DNA of 64,000 bases from Thalia democratica (lineage: Eukaryota). Under the pieces are notes generated by a model. That model did no database searches. It was not told where the DNA came from and saw only the letters and a list, made by a program, of their open reading frames with translations. The translations under genes and the position numbers were made by a program. Location of the stretch: positions 29,636,001 to 29,700,000 of the forward strand of contig OZ241830.1 in assembly GCA_965202585.1 (NCBI GenBank). Direction: 5' to 3'. Of the stretch, positions 12,044 to 25,460 are shown piece after piece; within the stretch, counting starts at the first letter, position 1; every line of letters starts with the position of its first letter.

Positions 12044-15000
12044 TAATAACTGTAATAAACAAATTTAAATAGCTATTAACTATTTATTTCAAACTTTTTA
12101 TACAACCCTATATAACATAAATTAATTAAGTACTAAGTAGATATTTAATCAGTGGGATAACTAACAAAATTTTAATTTTTCACAACAATTTTTAAATACA
12201 TATTTGATTCATAAAATATAAATTGATTAACTTAAAATAAAAACAGTAAATATTACAAAAAATAATAACATTATGAGATTTTTAGACGTATTATAAAAAT
12301 TATTTTGTACTAAATAATAACTAAAAGTTTCCAAAAAACTATAAATTCTAGCCACAATTAAATAGCTTCTATAATTTATATAACAAGTTAAATAACATAT
12401 AAATGTTTAAACTTAATTTGAATATCCATTTGTTATACAACTTGTTATTTAAATTGTAGAAGTTATAAAGTTATGGCTAGAAAATATTATAACAAACTCT
12501 GCTAAACCATGCACTCAAACTTAAATAACTAAAGGCTTTTAACAAACTTATTCAAATAATTTTAATAATATAACAGATGAACAATTTACTTACCTTTTTA
12601 ATGATGGATGCTTTTAATAGAGTTTAAGACTAGAAGTTAATTAAAAAAATTCTGGTAAAAGATAAAAATTAACATTTATTAGGTTTTTTACTTATTTATA
12701 GAAATATTTTCTAAACATAGTAACTTTATACATGAACAACTTACTTACCTTATCTTATGACAGTTGGTTTCACTAATGAGTAGTCTATCTTTTTCTTTAA
12801 AATCTGTATAAAAAGTATACTGATAAAAATTGTAAAAATTCCTCTTTACGTATAATTGTTTTTTTGAACTCCCGTAGCGCTAGAGAGATTAAATAAAAAT
12901 AATATTTCAAATGAAACTTTTAATTAGGAAATCAATTGACAAAAATACGAATACTGAACAACAGTTTGTTTCTATAAGTTCATTTTTATGGTATTTTCTA
13001 ACAGAAGTGTGGCAATTGTGGCAAAACTTATAAAAATATTGAAAGTGAAGTTTAAGTAAATATAAGCCAAGTACAACGCATATTGATAAAATTTTCAAAG
13101 GCCATTTAATGTAAATATAAGCTAAAGGAGATTTACAAGCTTTTTTAAATATAGTTTTCTTAAGTTAATGTTAAGTAATTTATTTTAAACACTGTACTTG
13201 AATTAATTGACTGGATAAGACCTTAAAAGTATCTGTGTTCTGACTCGATCACCGAAAGATTCTACGTGCACCAGCTCTTTAGACTAATTATTTTGAGCAT
13301 CTTTTTGTCTTTCAATAAAATGTTAACACTGCTGCTTCATGTAGATACTATTTGAACCAATTAATTTCAAGCGAAACATTAATGTACTTCAACAATCAAC
13401 AGCTTTACTAAATTTTGAAATAGCAGTTTTTAAGGTTATCGCAAAAGTTTATATTGTTATTGTGAATTGATTAGTCTTCTGGTTTAAACATAATAAGTTT
13501 AAATTGTGGTAGCATAACTCTTTTTACTTTAACTAAAACTCAGTAATTAAATTTAAAGTTTTTTTTTTAATTTTTAGTAAACGTCTGTTTAAAACACATT
13601 AGTACATTTTTGAAGTTCCTTAGACTATTTTTCAACTTCTAATAAATATTTTTATTTAATTTAGTGCAAAAAATAAAAATTATAAATACATACTTTAAAA
13701 TTTTTTCTAGGAATGCTGATTTCTACATTTTATTGAAATGATAAATATGCAGTACTGTACTATGAAAATTTAAGCTTCTATCAAAGTAACGAAATTACAT
13801 ATATTTTTTAAAAAACTTGCTTGTGCATTTTACTAACTTTTAGAATACTGAATGTTTGAATAAAAGTTATAAGCGTCTAAAGCTATAAAACTAATGTATA
13901 TATACACTTAGTTAATAGTAGAAAAAATCATCAGTGCAGTAAATTTATATTTATTTAAGAAATAAAGAATTTTAGAGTTTGGTTATCTGAAACAGATCAT
14001 CCCATTCTTTTAGCTATATACATTTATTTAGGTTTCTTAATGTCTTTAAATAACATATCAAGATAAATCAACTAATCAAAACTAAAAAAAAAATTAAACT
14101 TATTGATTGAAGATACTTAAGTTTTAGTGTAAAAAAATGTAAATTATTTTTTAGTTTAAAAATACAAACTGTTATTACAGTAATGTCTATTAACTTTTCA
14201 ATAAATAAAATGACTAATAAGTTTGTTTATTAACAATAAGAAGGATTAGTTTAGTTTAAGATCTTTTATTTCACAAAAAAAAATAAGCCTATTGTTAAAC
14301 AGTATTGATAAACAAAGTCAAAAAACTAAACAGATGATTACTACACTCTCAAGCTGATTTAAATGTTTAAAAAATTCAGTGTAATACAGGTTTATTTTAA
14401 CTTTTTTGCTTTCACAAAAATCTGAATTATTTAGGCTTATATAAAGTTTACTGCAAATCTAAGATTAATTTGAATATTTTTTCTGAACATCAGTTTTGTA
14501 TTAAAAGTTTTGTAATTTGCTTTTGAAGTTTTGTATTAATTTCTAAATATTTTTGACTTTGTTATCATTAGAATGCTTTAAAGTTTTATCTTGATTAAAC
14601 TTTTTATTATTATTATTTGGGTAAATCAAAATTATGAGATTTTGTTCAAACTCATGCTTACTTAGCAAAGATTATTTAAAGTTATATTTTTAGAATTTTA
14701 TTTATAAGGTGTTTTGAAAGAAAAAAAAGGTTAAAATCTCAATTAAAAAAAAATAGTTGAAACCTAAAAACAAAGAAAATTATTTACAACAAATTTAGCT
14801 AAGTAAGCAAGAGTTATAACAAAACCTAAAAAGTAATATTAGCCTAGTATTAAAACAGTACAGTGGTAAAAACTTCAAAAAAAGATAAAATTGTAGGTAT
14901 TATTAGTGGTCATTTACAATTAAAGCTTTGTTTTTTTATTTTTTTGTACTTAATAATCTTTATTATGTACAATTTTGAAACACTAACAAATTCTAAATAA

Positions 15001-15216
15001 TACAAATAGACAGAGAAGATATAAAAATAAACTTATCTGTTTAGCTGCTAACAGTGTGTCCTTGTTATTATATAATTAAGAAACATTTAAATTTTTTTAA
15101 TGGCAACCACAGCATTAGTTTAAAAAAGGAGTTGAACAAAAAGTACACTTACTAAAATAACTTAGTGTTTATATTGATGTATAATTTTTTAAAGTACTAC
15201 TATTTTAATTTATTAC

Positions 15217-15554
15217 CAGGGTTGCAACAAGTTTAGGATACCAAGAACAAAAATAACTAATGATATTTTAGCTAGTTTTTTAAACTCCGGATGATTCAGG
15301 AAAGTGTTTTATAATTTATAAGAAACTTAGGATAGTTTAATATTTCTAGAAACCTAGGCCAAGGAGATTTTGAAATTTTTAAATTAGCTTAGTCTTACTG
15401 TTTTGTTTTTTAAAAACAAATTTTATTGAAATAGTTGATTTTGATGATTTTTAAAAGCTATAAAATTTGTTTTTAGAATTTAAAAAACTCAGGATGACTA
15501 AGAACAATTTAAGGTTACCCAGGACAGTTTTTGACTCAGAAAGAGACAACCCTG
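15217..15554. mobile_element. MITE, CAGGGTTG family (inverted homolog at 25461-26104)
   Basis: CAGGGTTGCAAC ... GACAACCCTG termini with internal CAGGA subrepeats. Confidence 0.75.
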
Positions 15555-15887
15555 TAGTATACATACAAATGTATTTAATTTGTAATAAAGCAATAAGAAA
15601 ATAAAGAAAAATAGTAAGTTAAAGCAAATTTAATTTCTGCATACTTGTTAAATTTTATTTCAATTCTAGCACTTACTTCTAAGACTTAGTTTTTGCATAA
15701 TAAAATACAATATCTTAACCAAATATTACATTTGTTTAAATATCAAATAGTTGTTTTATAAAATAGTTTAACAAGAACTAATAGAAGATAACATGTTTAA
15801 ACTTATCAAAAAATTCAGTAGACTTTTAGCTATTTGTATTGAACCAAAATAACGGCTTTTGAACAACCATCTTTGAAGAATGTAGTA

Positions 15888-16113
15888 CAGGTTTCAACAT
15901 AATAAAACAAACTGAAATACTTGCAATAACTTTTAAGTAATTTTTTTGACCATCAGTTTTTTTTAACTAAATAGTAACTTAATTTTAAATTGTCAAAAAA
16001 AGATGTGCATTCAAAAACCAGGAAGAAAATATGAAAAACCTGAAAGAAATTTATAAAACCTGGAACAACCTTAGAAAACCTAAAAGAAAATTAAATAAAT
16101 TTTGGCAACCCTG
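15888..16113. mobile_element. MITE, CAGGGTTGCCA family
   Basis: CAGGTTTCAAC ... TTGGCAACCCTG termini with AAAACCTG subrepeats. Confidence 0.6.
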
Positions 16114-16299
16114 TCTAATAGTTTAATTTTATCAAAAGTGGCGATATCGTTTTATTTTTTGAATCCAGTTTTAGAAAACTTTGTTAAGATATTCTTTATT
16201 TGATAAATAGAATATAAATCGTATCTACGTAGTTATACAGACTTATTTAAAATATGCTTATTTTATAACTAGTCTTATATTTTTCAGAAGTTTAAAAAA

Positions 16300-16656
16300 A
16301 TGGACACATTATACTCAGCCTACACTAAAGCTTCCACCGCCTTCACAGTGGCCCGCACAGCAGCGTCCTGGACTTACTACTGTAGCAAGATGGCTTCGTA
16401 CGACGTTCCGATGTTCTTCAACAGCTTTGTCGGTATTCCTTACTTCAACAGTGCATGGGTTGTTGTTATGATGTGTTTGTTTGTGATCGTCTCCCTGCAG
16501 CTGTACAGCGTGATCACACGACTTCTCAGCGCGCTCATCAAGTCTTCAATGCACGTTGGGGTGGCCATTCTGGCGTATTACTGCTATGCATGGAATATTA
16601 ACGTTTTCGATGCCGCGATGCGATTTTTTTGGTTTGTGACCGCACACTTTTATTAA
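16300..16656 (+). CDS. Small hydrophobic protein, family member B, 118 aa
   Basis: Intact GC-rich ORF in AT-rich DNA. It shares TAASWTYYxSKMASYDxP...IPYFN with 23967-24245, and MDT...Y...STA, K...Y..P....S..GI and a terminal N..D....FF with member A. Acceptor TTTTTCAG|AAG lies just upstream of the ATG. Confidence 0.85.
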   Translation: MDTLYSAYTKASTAFTVARTAASWTYYCSKMASYDVPMFFNSFVGIPYFNSAWVVVMMCLFVIVSLQLYSVITRLLSALIKSSMHVGVAILAYYCYAWNINVFDAAMRFFWFVTAHFY

Positions 16657-17104
16657 AAGTTGTGATGGTTTTAGTGAGTTATAGTAGTTTTGCGTTAATA
16701 AAACATTTTCACACAGTTATTTTACTTTGTTAAAATTTCAAATAACATATTTATATAAATATAATATATATCTAATATTAATGTTACACAAACACAACGT
16801 CCTTTCACCCCACAGGGATCTTCATGCCTGCAAAGTATAAAATAATAAGACGATGGATAACTAAATAATTAGTGTAAAACAATTTTTATAATCAAATATA
16901 TAATGTTTAGAAAAGTCACTTCGGAAATTTAACATGATTTTTAAAGTGAAACAAAAAATAATATATAAGTAGCAATCTTTATACTAAAAAGTATTGATAT
17001 GTTTTATACTGTATTAGATATAGCTTATAAGAAATCAAAAATGGCATTTAAAATTAAAAAAACGGTAAACCTAACAAGCAAAAACAAAAGTAAAAGTTAT
17101 AAAT

Positions 17105-18300
17105 AAGTTAAGTTTTAAAATATAGTTTTTTAAAGTGCGAACAGGTGTAAAAAGTTTTTGACTTTAATTTAGATTTTGTTTTTTGTCAGCAAATGCTCTA
17201 CTATTTTTTTCCAGGTTGCAGGTTTTTCAGATCTTATGTAAATTTTTCAATTCTCAAATCTTATGAATAATGTTCCATTTAAGTTGAATAACTGATGTTC
17301 AATGTTCAATACTTTTTAATTTCCAAATGTACTTAGTAAGTTCTGCTCCTTTGTTTTTTCATTTTTAATGTCACTAAAATGCGCATACCATCTCTTTTGG
17401 AATAAACTTCTCGTAAAGCCTATGTACTCTTATATTCCTTAGTTTCGTTTTGAGTAGTGATTGTTGTCTTGTATATCCTATTCTCCTGCGAACACTTACT
17501 ATTTAAGGGACAAGAATCTTTTTCGCGGCAGTTACACATACTATTCTCTTAATCTTTCTTATTGTTCGTTCTACTTAGTACCTAAGTATTGTGAAGACTT
17601 ATTAACTATTTAAAATTTTCTATACAAAAGTACGATAATTTTCAATTGCTTCTCTTAAAAATCTTTTTTTCGCTCTTGTTTTCAAAGTGTTTATCAATTA
17701 GATCTAAAAACTGTTTTGCAATATTAGTTTAAACTGATTGGCAGTATGGGGGAATTTAGGAACATAGTATTTCCTGTTTCGTTTCCGTTTTTTTTTTGTC
17801 GACGAGGTTGGTTTTATTTTCATATTCAAATTTGTGTTAGGTTGACTAAGAACAGGGAGTCACAAACTTTTATTCAAATGGCCCCCTTTACAGAAAAAAG
17901 AAATATGGCCCCCTTGTATCAAGATTACTCAAAAACTACCATCCAAAGAAACCACATAAGACCTTTTTTTTCGCTCTTCATTAGCAACGTAAAAATATCT
18001 AATGTAAGTTTAAAATTATGTCTTAACGGCTACTTTTTTTTTTGGCTATTTTGCTGCTCACAGCCCCCTGAGTAGGGAGTGACTAGGAGGCCACTTGGCT
18101 TGGGAAACCCTTGCGTAGAGCAACTTCGTACCTATGCTTTGCATTATCGAAGTTTTTTGGGTCTGTAGAAAGTCTGTATAATCTTTTCTCTATCATTTTA
18201 GGTAAGTTTTTACTGATTATCGTCGGGTGGTTAGAGTTGTTGTTGATTTATCTTATAAATTAATGTTAGAATTAAGTCCAGAATAACTTTTGTCGAGACC
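17105..18300 (-). mobile_element. Decayed Penelope-like retroelement (RT C-terminal region, linker, GIY-YIG endonuclease)
   Basis: Frameshifted and stop-riddled minus-strand peptides: SNHPTIISKNLPKMIEKRLYRLS...AKHRYEVAL, NIAKQFLDLIDKHF...KIFKR..KLSYFCIEN, MCNCREKDSCPLNSKC...IYKT, EYIGFT..LFQKRWYAH, LTKYIWKLK...KWNII...TCNL. These are the motifs, in the order, typical of Penelope/Poseidon-type ORFs. Confidence 0.85.
17853..18112. mobile_element. hAT-like MITE inserted into the Penelope-like element
   Basis: CAGGGAGTCACAAAC ... TTGGGAAACCCTT. Penelope coding remnants resume on both sides. The TSD is only partly preserved. Confidence 0.65.
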
Positions 18301-20335
18301 TTTTGTGTTAAAGGAATACTCTTTACATATACCTAAATATGTTGTATGTTTAGTTTTTAAATATAGATTACTTTTTGAGTAATTCTCTTAAAATTTTTAT
18401 TTAAGAATTGAATAGTCTGAATTTGTAAAGTCGTGCACCTAATTTGTATAAATACACTAATATCTTAGAATCAATATACAAATAAAAACACTAAATGAAT
18501 CTTTGACTAAACTATGTAATTCAAGAATAAAACAACGTAATATAAAATGTGTTATACATCTTGTGTGAAAAATACAAGCATTACTTAAAGCTAGTCTATT
18601 TTTTATATCATTAAAATTTTATAAGATTCGAAGTACATCTTTTAATAATATGAGATTTTACTATCATACTCATTATAATAACATGAAAGTTTTGAGTATT
18701 AAACAATATAAAAACTTAAAATAAGCACAAGTAAATCTGTTAAAATCAGTTTAATTAAAAAAAATTCAGTAAAGTTAAATTTTTCCTATTTCATTTTTTT
18801 AGTGCTAGCATAGGTTCGTTAAAATATATTGTGCTTCTAAAATCTTCTAACAATGATATCTTTGTCCCAAATAAAATACCTTATTATTTAAATTTTTTAT
18901 CATTGTTAATTTAAACTTTTTTTGTTGAAGGATAAAAACTAAAAATTTATGTAATTTTGTTGCTTATAGCAGTGCTTATTTTTTTTAAATGTTGAACATC
19001 TAATTTTTTATTTAATTAATCAAAGCATTTAGTAATGCTGCTTAACAAAATGTTTGATTTAAAAATTAACAAGTTTAAAAAATTAAAATTTAACTTTGTG
19101 CAATTGGGCTTAATCGTTAATTTTCATTAAGTTTTTAGAAAAGGGTAATAGAAGGGAGGGAGTAGTAATTAGTAAGGAAATATGATCAATGAATAAATAA
19201 CTAGAAATTATTTAAAACAATTTTTAAAGTGGGTGGTTATAAAATGACTTTTGGACCCGAAATAAACTCTCTTAATTAAAAAAAAATGATGCTATTTTTT
19301 TTTAGTTTTAATTGTTCTACTTTATAAAATAGTTGTTTGTATGTATTACAATGTTATTCATGTTCTGTCACTTGATTTGTGTTTTACTTAATTGAGTACA
19401 GAGTCAAACTATGAATTCGACTAATTCTGCATCAAATAAAAAGCTAGATTGATATTTAATTGTTTTATTGTAAACTAGTGTGTTTTTATGATTATATCAG
19501 CTCAAATAAAGTGACCTTTTAAAACATAAAAAAATACATTTAGTGTATTATAACTTGTAATACTCATTAGTTTTGTTAATTTATGATATTCTAAGTACTT
19601 GTGTAATGGAATAGAGTGCTTTTTTACTAATTCAGACGCTGACTTATCCGGACAGTTTCAGTCAAGAGAAAAAAAAAACAATATTAATAAAAAACATTTT
19701 TGTGTTATATACATAACTTTTCATGCTGTTAGAAAATTTTTAGTGACTTTATTTATTCTGCAATTTAGTTCATTATTATGAAGTAATAATACTACTAAAG
19801 CTTACATTAAAACTTTTTTCCAAACTAGTTTAGTTATTGAAATTCTTTGTATGTAAAGTAATTCAAATTTTTATTTTTCTTAATAATTTTTATTTAAACT
19901 ATTTCAAAACGTAAAGTTTATTTTGATAACTGACTAAATTCTAAGTTTTTCAGAAAAAGAATGTATAACAGTTTTTTTATATTTGATTATTAATTTAAGC
20001 TATACTATAAATGTTAATCCAAACACTTTTTGTATAAGGTGAGGTAGATGACAATTTTTAATTATAAGTTAAATAGGTTTGACACACTCGATTTAGTAAG
20101 TTTTAAAAATGAACAAGACATCATAAAAAAATCGAGTTGCAATAAACATTGAAAAAAGCTAGAAAATTGTAAAATGGTTAAAGACTATATTCCAAAGTCT
20201 TTTATAACTAAGCAGTTTAGCATAGGCAGGTAGGTCCCTATTTTGAAAAATAAAGAAAAATTTAAAATGTTTAAAGGAGAAAAAGAGGAGGTGAGCTTTT
20301 ACTATTTATTATCTATTGCATATTATGTAGAAGTA

Positions 20336-20447
20336 TAGCAGCTATACTAATTTATGAAGATTATATTTTTTGTACTTGTCCGAAAAATTCTTATCCGAAC
20401 ATGTTTTATAGAAAAATCATGTCCGGATAAGTTAATAAGTACTGCTG
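20336..20447. mobile_element. Possible pogo/Tigger-like MITE (related right-end fragment at 6262-6303)
   Basis: Inverted TTATCCG / CGGATAAG subterminal motifs ending in ACTG or GCTG next to T(T)A. Confidence 0.35.
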
Positions 20448-22159
20448 TTACATTCAGTTGAAAATTTAATAACATATAATAAATCTACAAGAAAGCAAGT
20501 TGATATAATACAAGTTTACAATTTTATAACATAGTTATACAAACCAGCGACAGTGTAATTGCAGTGATATTCTAGTCAAGACCTAACAGATGTAGTTCCA
20601 GAACTGAACTTAATTGTTATTATATTATTTATTGTAAAATTATTTTTTAAGTAATCATCACTAATTATAATTAATTTTTAAATTCAATTCCAAGTAGTTA
20701 ATTATTCATTTAGTTTTACATTGTTATAGTATATTTCTACTGGATTTAATTATTTTGTAAAAGTTTTGACCATTTTTAAAGTTTTTAGTCTAAAGTAGGA
20801 TATTCTTTATTTTCTAGTGTTTGATATGTTTTTAACATAAAAAATAATCACCAAAAGTCATGCCTAGTTTTTATAAGTAGTATATCATACTTATAAGTAT
20901 CTTTTAGTTCTCAGTTAAATTTTAATTTAACTATAGTTTTTAGTGCAGTTTTACACTGCACTCTAAACCTTACATGGCTTCATCATAATAAAAAATCATT
21001 ATTTTTTAAAATAACATTTAAAAAGACCATGACAGTATTTAACCCAAACAAACTTTACTTCTATATATAACACTTTCTTTTCAAAGCAGTAGTTCTCACA
21101 TTTTAGTCTAAATTCATATATATGTTTGACATTTTCATTTGTTAGTGCATTTTATTCAGCAGAAGACTTAAAAAGTTTTTTAATAAAGCTTGCATTTAAT
21201 TTTAAGAAGCAATACTCACATTTACTATTTGCCCATTCAAAAACCCTTGTGGTTTAACCATAATTAGAAATAATTATAACATCTAATAACATTTTGTAAT
21301 CCTTGAAATGTAAGTTTAGTTTACACAAAATATTATATATATCTATATATACATACCAGGGATCAGATGCAATCTTCAAAAAGAAAGTCTCTTCATGTAC
21401 ATTTATGAGAATTTTCAAGTTTCACTACGAAATTAGGGTACTGTATGAACTAAAATTTCTACTGCGTTATGCGAGTGTCATATTTTTCTAAACTTGGCTC
21501 GAGATTACAAAATTTCTGCTGATTTCGATCGATAAAATGTTTGTTTTGACCGTGAATAGGTTAAGATGGCTTGATTTTTAGAATGAATTAGTAGACTTTA
21601 TAATGTATGAAACACAGAAATTTGAAAGTAGTTCTTATTTTACAACCCATAATCCTAAGAAACTTCATTTATGAAAACTGTCAGGTGTAGAAAATTTTCC
21701 GTGAAATAAAGGTTTTAAAATTTTTACAATGTACATTTACTAAACTGAACCATAGTTTGATAACGATAGTGTTGATAATGTTCATTCTCACGAAATACCC
21801 AAAGTTTGAGTTCAGATGTTACGACCGATGTAGTATTTACAAAATTTAGTTTCAGCATGCAAAAACGTAGGAAAAACACAACCAAGTTTTAATTCATAGT
21901 TCAACCACCAAATATAGCTTGAAATTTTTAAAACTCGTTGTTGGTATTATGGGTAATGATTTTAAAAATTAACAACATGTTTTTTTTTGTAACTTTATTT
22001 TTATCAGTCTTTGATATACAAATACTGCTAATTCTTATCTGTATAACTGATTAAATGTAGTTCGATAACTAAAAAAGATACATTAGCTAGCAAAAAACGA
22101 AAACGTTGTACTTTTTATTATTTTTTTCTACACTCACTACAACAACAATATGCCAATGT

Positions 22160-22685
22160 CAGTGGCGTCGCGAGGTATTTTTCTTAGGTGGTGCAGATAA
22201 AAAAAAATCCGTGTTGCCAGAGCTTTAATTGCACCTACTCCAGTTGTCCCTGCACGAATTGCCTCTGCTCGATTAGTCCCTGCTCGAGTTGTACCTGCTT
22301 GAGTTGCCTCTGCTTGAGTTGTCCCTGCTCGAGTTGTACCTGCTCGAGTTGCCTCCGCTCGAGTTACTTTGTTTTCTTTTTTTTTTACAACCGCTTGTGG
22401 AATGATATTTAAACCTGTACTGCTTTAGGGAATTTTCAACTTAGATTACTTACCGCAAGATATTGATTTTGCGGTATTTCTTGAAAAAATTTTGCTTTTT
22501 TGAGTTCATTTGCGGCAATCAGTTAAGAATTTGCGGCAGTGTAGTAAGCAAAATGGTCGTTGTCTCAACTGGAGTTTTATAAGAGATTTTGTTCTAAAAA
22601 ATAACTAAAACGTTATAGATACTTAACATTTTCTTACAAATATTAAAGTGGTGCAGTTGCGGCAGTGCAACACCCCACGCCCCTG
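22160..22685. mobile_element. Non-autonomous hAT-type element with perfect 8-bp TSD
   Basis: TSD GCCAATGT at 22152-22159 and 22686-22693. Termini CAGTGGCGT ... ACGCCCCTG. Confidence 0.85.
22241..22365. repeat. 15-bp minisatellite (~8.3 units) with 45-bp higher-order period
   Basis: Units are GAGTTG(TCC/TAC/CCT)CTGCT(C/T); the variants cycle TCC-TAC-CCT. Confidence 0.9.
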
Positions 22686-23556
22686 GCCAATGTATTAAAT
22701 TAGGGCAACGTACGGCCGGCAAAATGAAAAAAAAAACTGGCCCGCCATTGTCTACAAAACTTAAGTTGAATCCGGCTTGCGAAAAGTAGAATTCAGACTC
22801 CAAAGCTAAACTTAGATTATACTGGATAATCATGAATACTGGAGGAGGACAAAAGTCTTTTGTTCAATTTACTTTAGATTTAAAACTTTCACCTGTTTTA
22901 ATAAAAAAAGGTGAAGTAGAATAAGTATTTCGTCGAAATAAACCTGTAACTGAATAAAAACTTATTAAAAAGTATTTATATTCAAAGAAAATTTGAACAT
23001 TTTTTAAACTAATTTATTAACGTTGACTATAAACAACAAAGACTATTATTTAATTCTGTAAGTTGAAAAAATATTAATTACTAAGAAATAAGAAATCTTA
23101 GAATTACCGTAGAACTTTGTAACATCATATACAAAGATATAAGTATTCAAAAATAGAATTTAAAACGATAAAAAATCTAAACAAATAATATATAATAGCT
23201 GTATTGTTATTTGGGCAAATTTTTCCAAGGTTTACGAAAATTCTTCAAAGTTATTAAACTTACACGTTGTAGGGTCTATTATTAGTTAAAAATTAAGTTT
23301 TAGGGAAAAAATGTACAACATTGTTAAAACATCTTAATGCTTCTTTAAATGTGATTTTTAATAAAAAAACATTTTGCTAACGAATTTTTTTTTAACCTTT
23401 ACGATAGATGTTGTGTGTCAAATCGAAATTTTACTACTCAACTGGTAAATGTTATTTTTAATTCAAGGTTTTTCAATGTACTTTTAGCCTAAATAGTCGG
23501 ATTCAAGAGTTTTCCTGTATTCCAGACTTTTTGATAACGCTGTTTGTAGCTTGTAT

Positions 23557-23691
23557 TTAATTAAGATTTTTAACACCTTTAGTAAACTCTAAAATAGATA
23601 AAACTCGCAAGTAACACTTGATAAGAGCGTCTAAAAGTCGCATGATTATGTAGCACAACTTCAGATAGAAGAGCACAAATACACACATCAT
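23557..23691 (-). CDS. Truncated B-type paralog (44 aa, C-terminal half only); gene fragment or pseudogene
   Basis: MMCVFVLFYLKLCYIIMRLLDALIKCYLRVLSILEFTKGVKNLN* aligns with B (MMCLFVIVSLQLYSVITRLLSALIK) and B' (RLAGNLVKCYLRV). DNA at 23603-23625 nearly duplicates 23989-24011. It is preceded by TTTTTTATCATAG|A. Confidence 0.55.
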   Translation of the reverse strand: MMCVFVLFYLKLCYIIMRLLDALIKCYLRVLSILEFTKGVKNLN

Positions 23692-23966
23692 AACACTTAA
23701 AAGAGTCTATGATAAAAAATATATATATGGTGCACTGTTATTTGTAACTTATATTAAATTAAGATTCTTGACATGTTATACATATAAAAAAGAGGCGATA
23801 AAATCTAAATTTAATTTAATGGTTTATTGAACGAAAAAAAAGCGCTCAAAACGTTTGGTCCAATGTCCTGGTGTACGAAAAAATCATTCGGTTACCCAGT
23901 CATACACTCCAAGTGCACTTTAGTAAGTTTTACCATGACTTTTATATTAGTATTTTTCCTTTAGTA

Positions 23967-24245
23967 TTACAGCTCAATATCAAATACGACTCGCAAGTAA
24001 CACTTGACAAGATTGCCTGCAAGTCGCATCATCATGCATAAAAACTTCATAGAGAAGTAGACATACACAATCATCGTAAGAACAGTCCATGGCGTGTTGA
24101 AGTAAGGAATATCGACCAAATTGTTTAAGTACACCGGTATGTCGTATGAAGCCATCTTGCTCAAATAGTAGGTCCAGGACGCTGCTGTGTAAATAAATGC
24201 GACGGCCTTTACCGCTTTGGTGTAAACTAAATAAGCGGTGTTCAT
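23967..24245 (-). CDS. Small hydrophobic protein, family member B', 92 aa (C-terminally shorter than B)
   Basis: Clear paralog of 16300-16656. The upstream sequence TTATTTAAA..TAT..TA.TTTATAAC...ATTTTTCAG|AA is also conserved with B. Confidence 0.8.
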   Translation of the reverse strand: MNTAYLVYTKAVKAVAFIYTAASWTYYLSKMASYDIPVYLNNLVDIPYFNTPWTVLTMIVYVYFSMKFLCMMMRLAGNLVKCYLRVVFDIEL

Positions 24246-25460
24246 TATATTAAAATAATTCTGAAAAATGTTGGGTTGGTTATAAAGTAGGTATATTTAA
24301 ATAACGATGATAGTGTACAAGCCGTCTACATTTAGTTTTTTACAGTTTACATTTAGTTTGCCCTTGAAAATTGCAGTCACTTTTTCAATCTCTCTAATGC
24401 AGGATTTCCAAAAGTAGATGATATAAACCACCTTGGATTAATAGTGATTGGGAAAAATATTCGATTGATAACATTATATTTAACAAAATTTATAAGAAAG
24501 ACGGTTACTCATTTCAATTCTTCTTAAGTACATCAGGAAACTTAATAATTTATATACTGATTTATAAATTTACTTGCTCCTCGTTTACTAGTGTTAATTT
24601 TATTAAAAAATAAACTAACTTTGAAACTATGGTTCAACTACCATTATTTCAATAAAAAATGTTAAGACTTTTTGAACAAAATAAAATATATACGATGGAC
24701 TTTGATACATAGAGTAGAAAAAACAGTTTTGGTACATTCTACCTTTTATGTACCAGAAAATAAGTATAACTAATTACATTAACTTTTATATATATTATAT
24801 GTGTTTTAATTTTTTTTAAAATTCGAAAAAAAATTCCTAATAGTAGCTATATCTTAAAACTAGCTTTAAAAAATACTCATTGAAATGTTGACCCTGCTTA
24901 CATTTACCCTACCAAGAAAAATATGTAGATTTCTAAGTGAAGCAGCACATAGTCTGACTATTTTGCGTGAGTGTATTAGTTATTTTTTAATATAGCAATT
25001 CATAATGTTTAATAACCTTAGACTTTTACAATGTTGCCATTCTTTAGCTACCTCAAATCAGAGTGTCCGAAACTAGTCAGATTTGTATTTTATTATTACA
25101 TATCATACTATGTATTATTAAAGATTATTATCTGAGATAAAGTAAAAACAAAAACTCGAAATTTTATAGTTACTTTTATTTTGGCTTATTTACCCAATAA
25201 ATGTATAAGATACACAAAAGAACTTCAAATACAAAAAAAAGTTAATTAAAAAAAGCTAGCCTTAAAGTCAATACATAGCTTAATATTTGCCAATATTTTA
25301 ACCAATTTTTAATATAACTTAAAAGTTTATAAGTTATTTAAACATAGTTTTATTCAACTTTTTTTTACTTCTTGTGTTTATTTTAATTTTGAAAATGTAA
25401 GGGAATGATATAGAAATTTTAAAAAATTTATGTAATACTAAATATGTTTATGTAAACTAA

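Noticed and set aside
17746-18075. 109-aa plus-strand ORF
   Set aside because: It spans the antisense of the Penelope fossil and a MITE.
22188-22412. Cys-rich 74-aa ORF resembling a metallothionein or keratin-associated protein
   Set aside because: It is one reading frame of the 15-bp minisatellite inside a TSD-flanked hAT MITE and starts at GTG.
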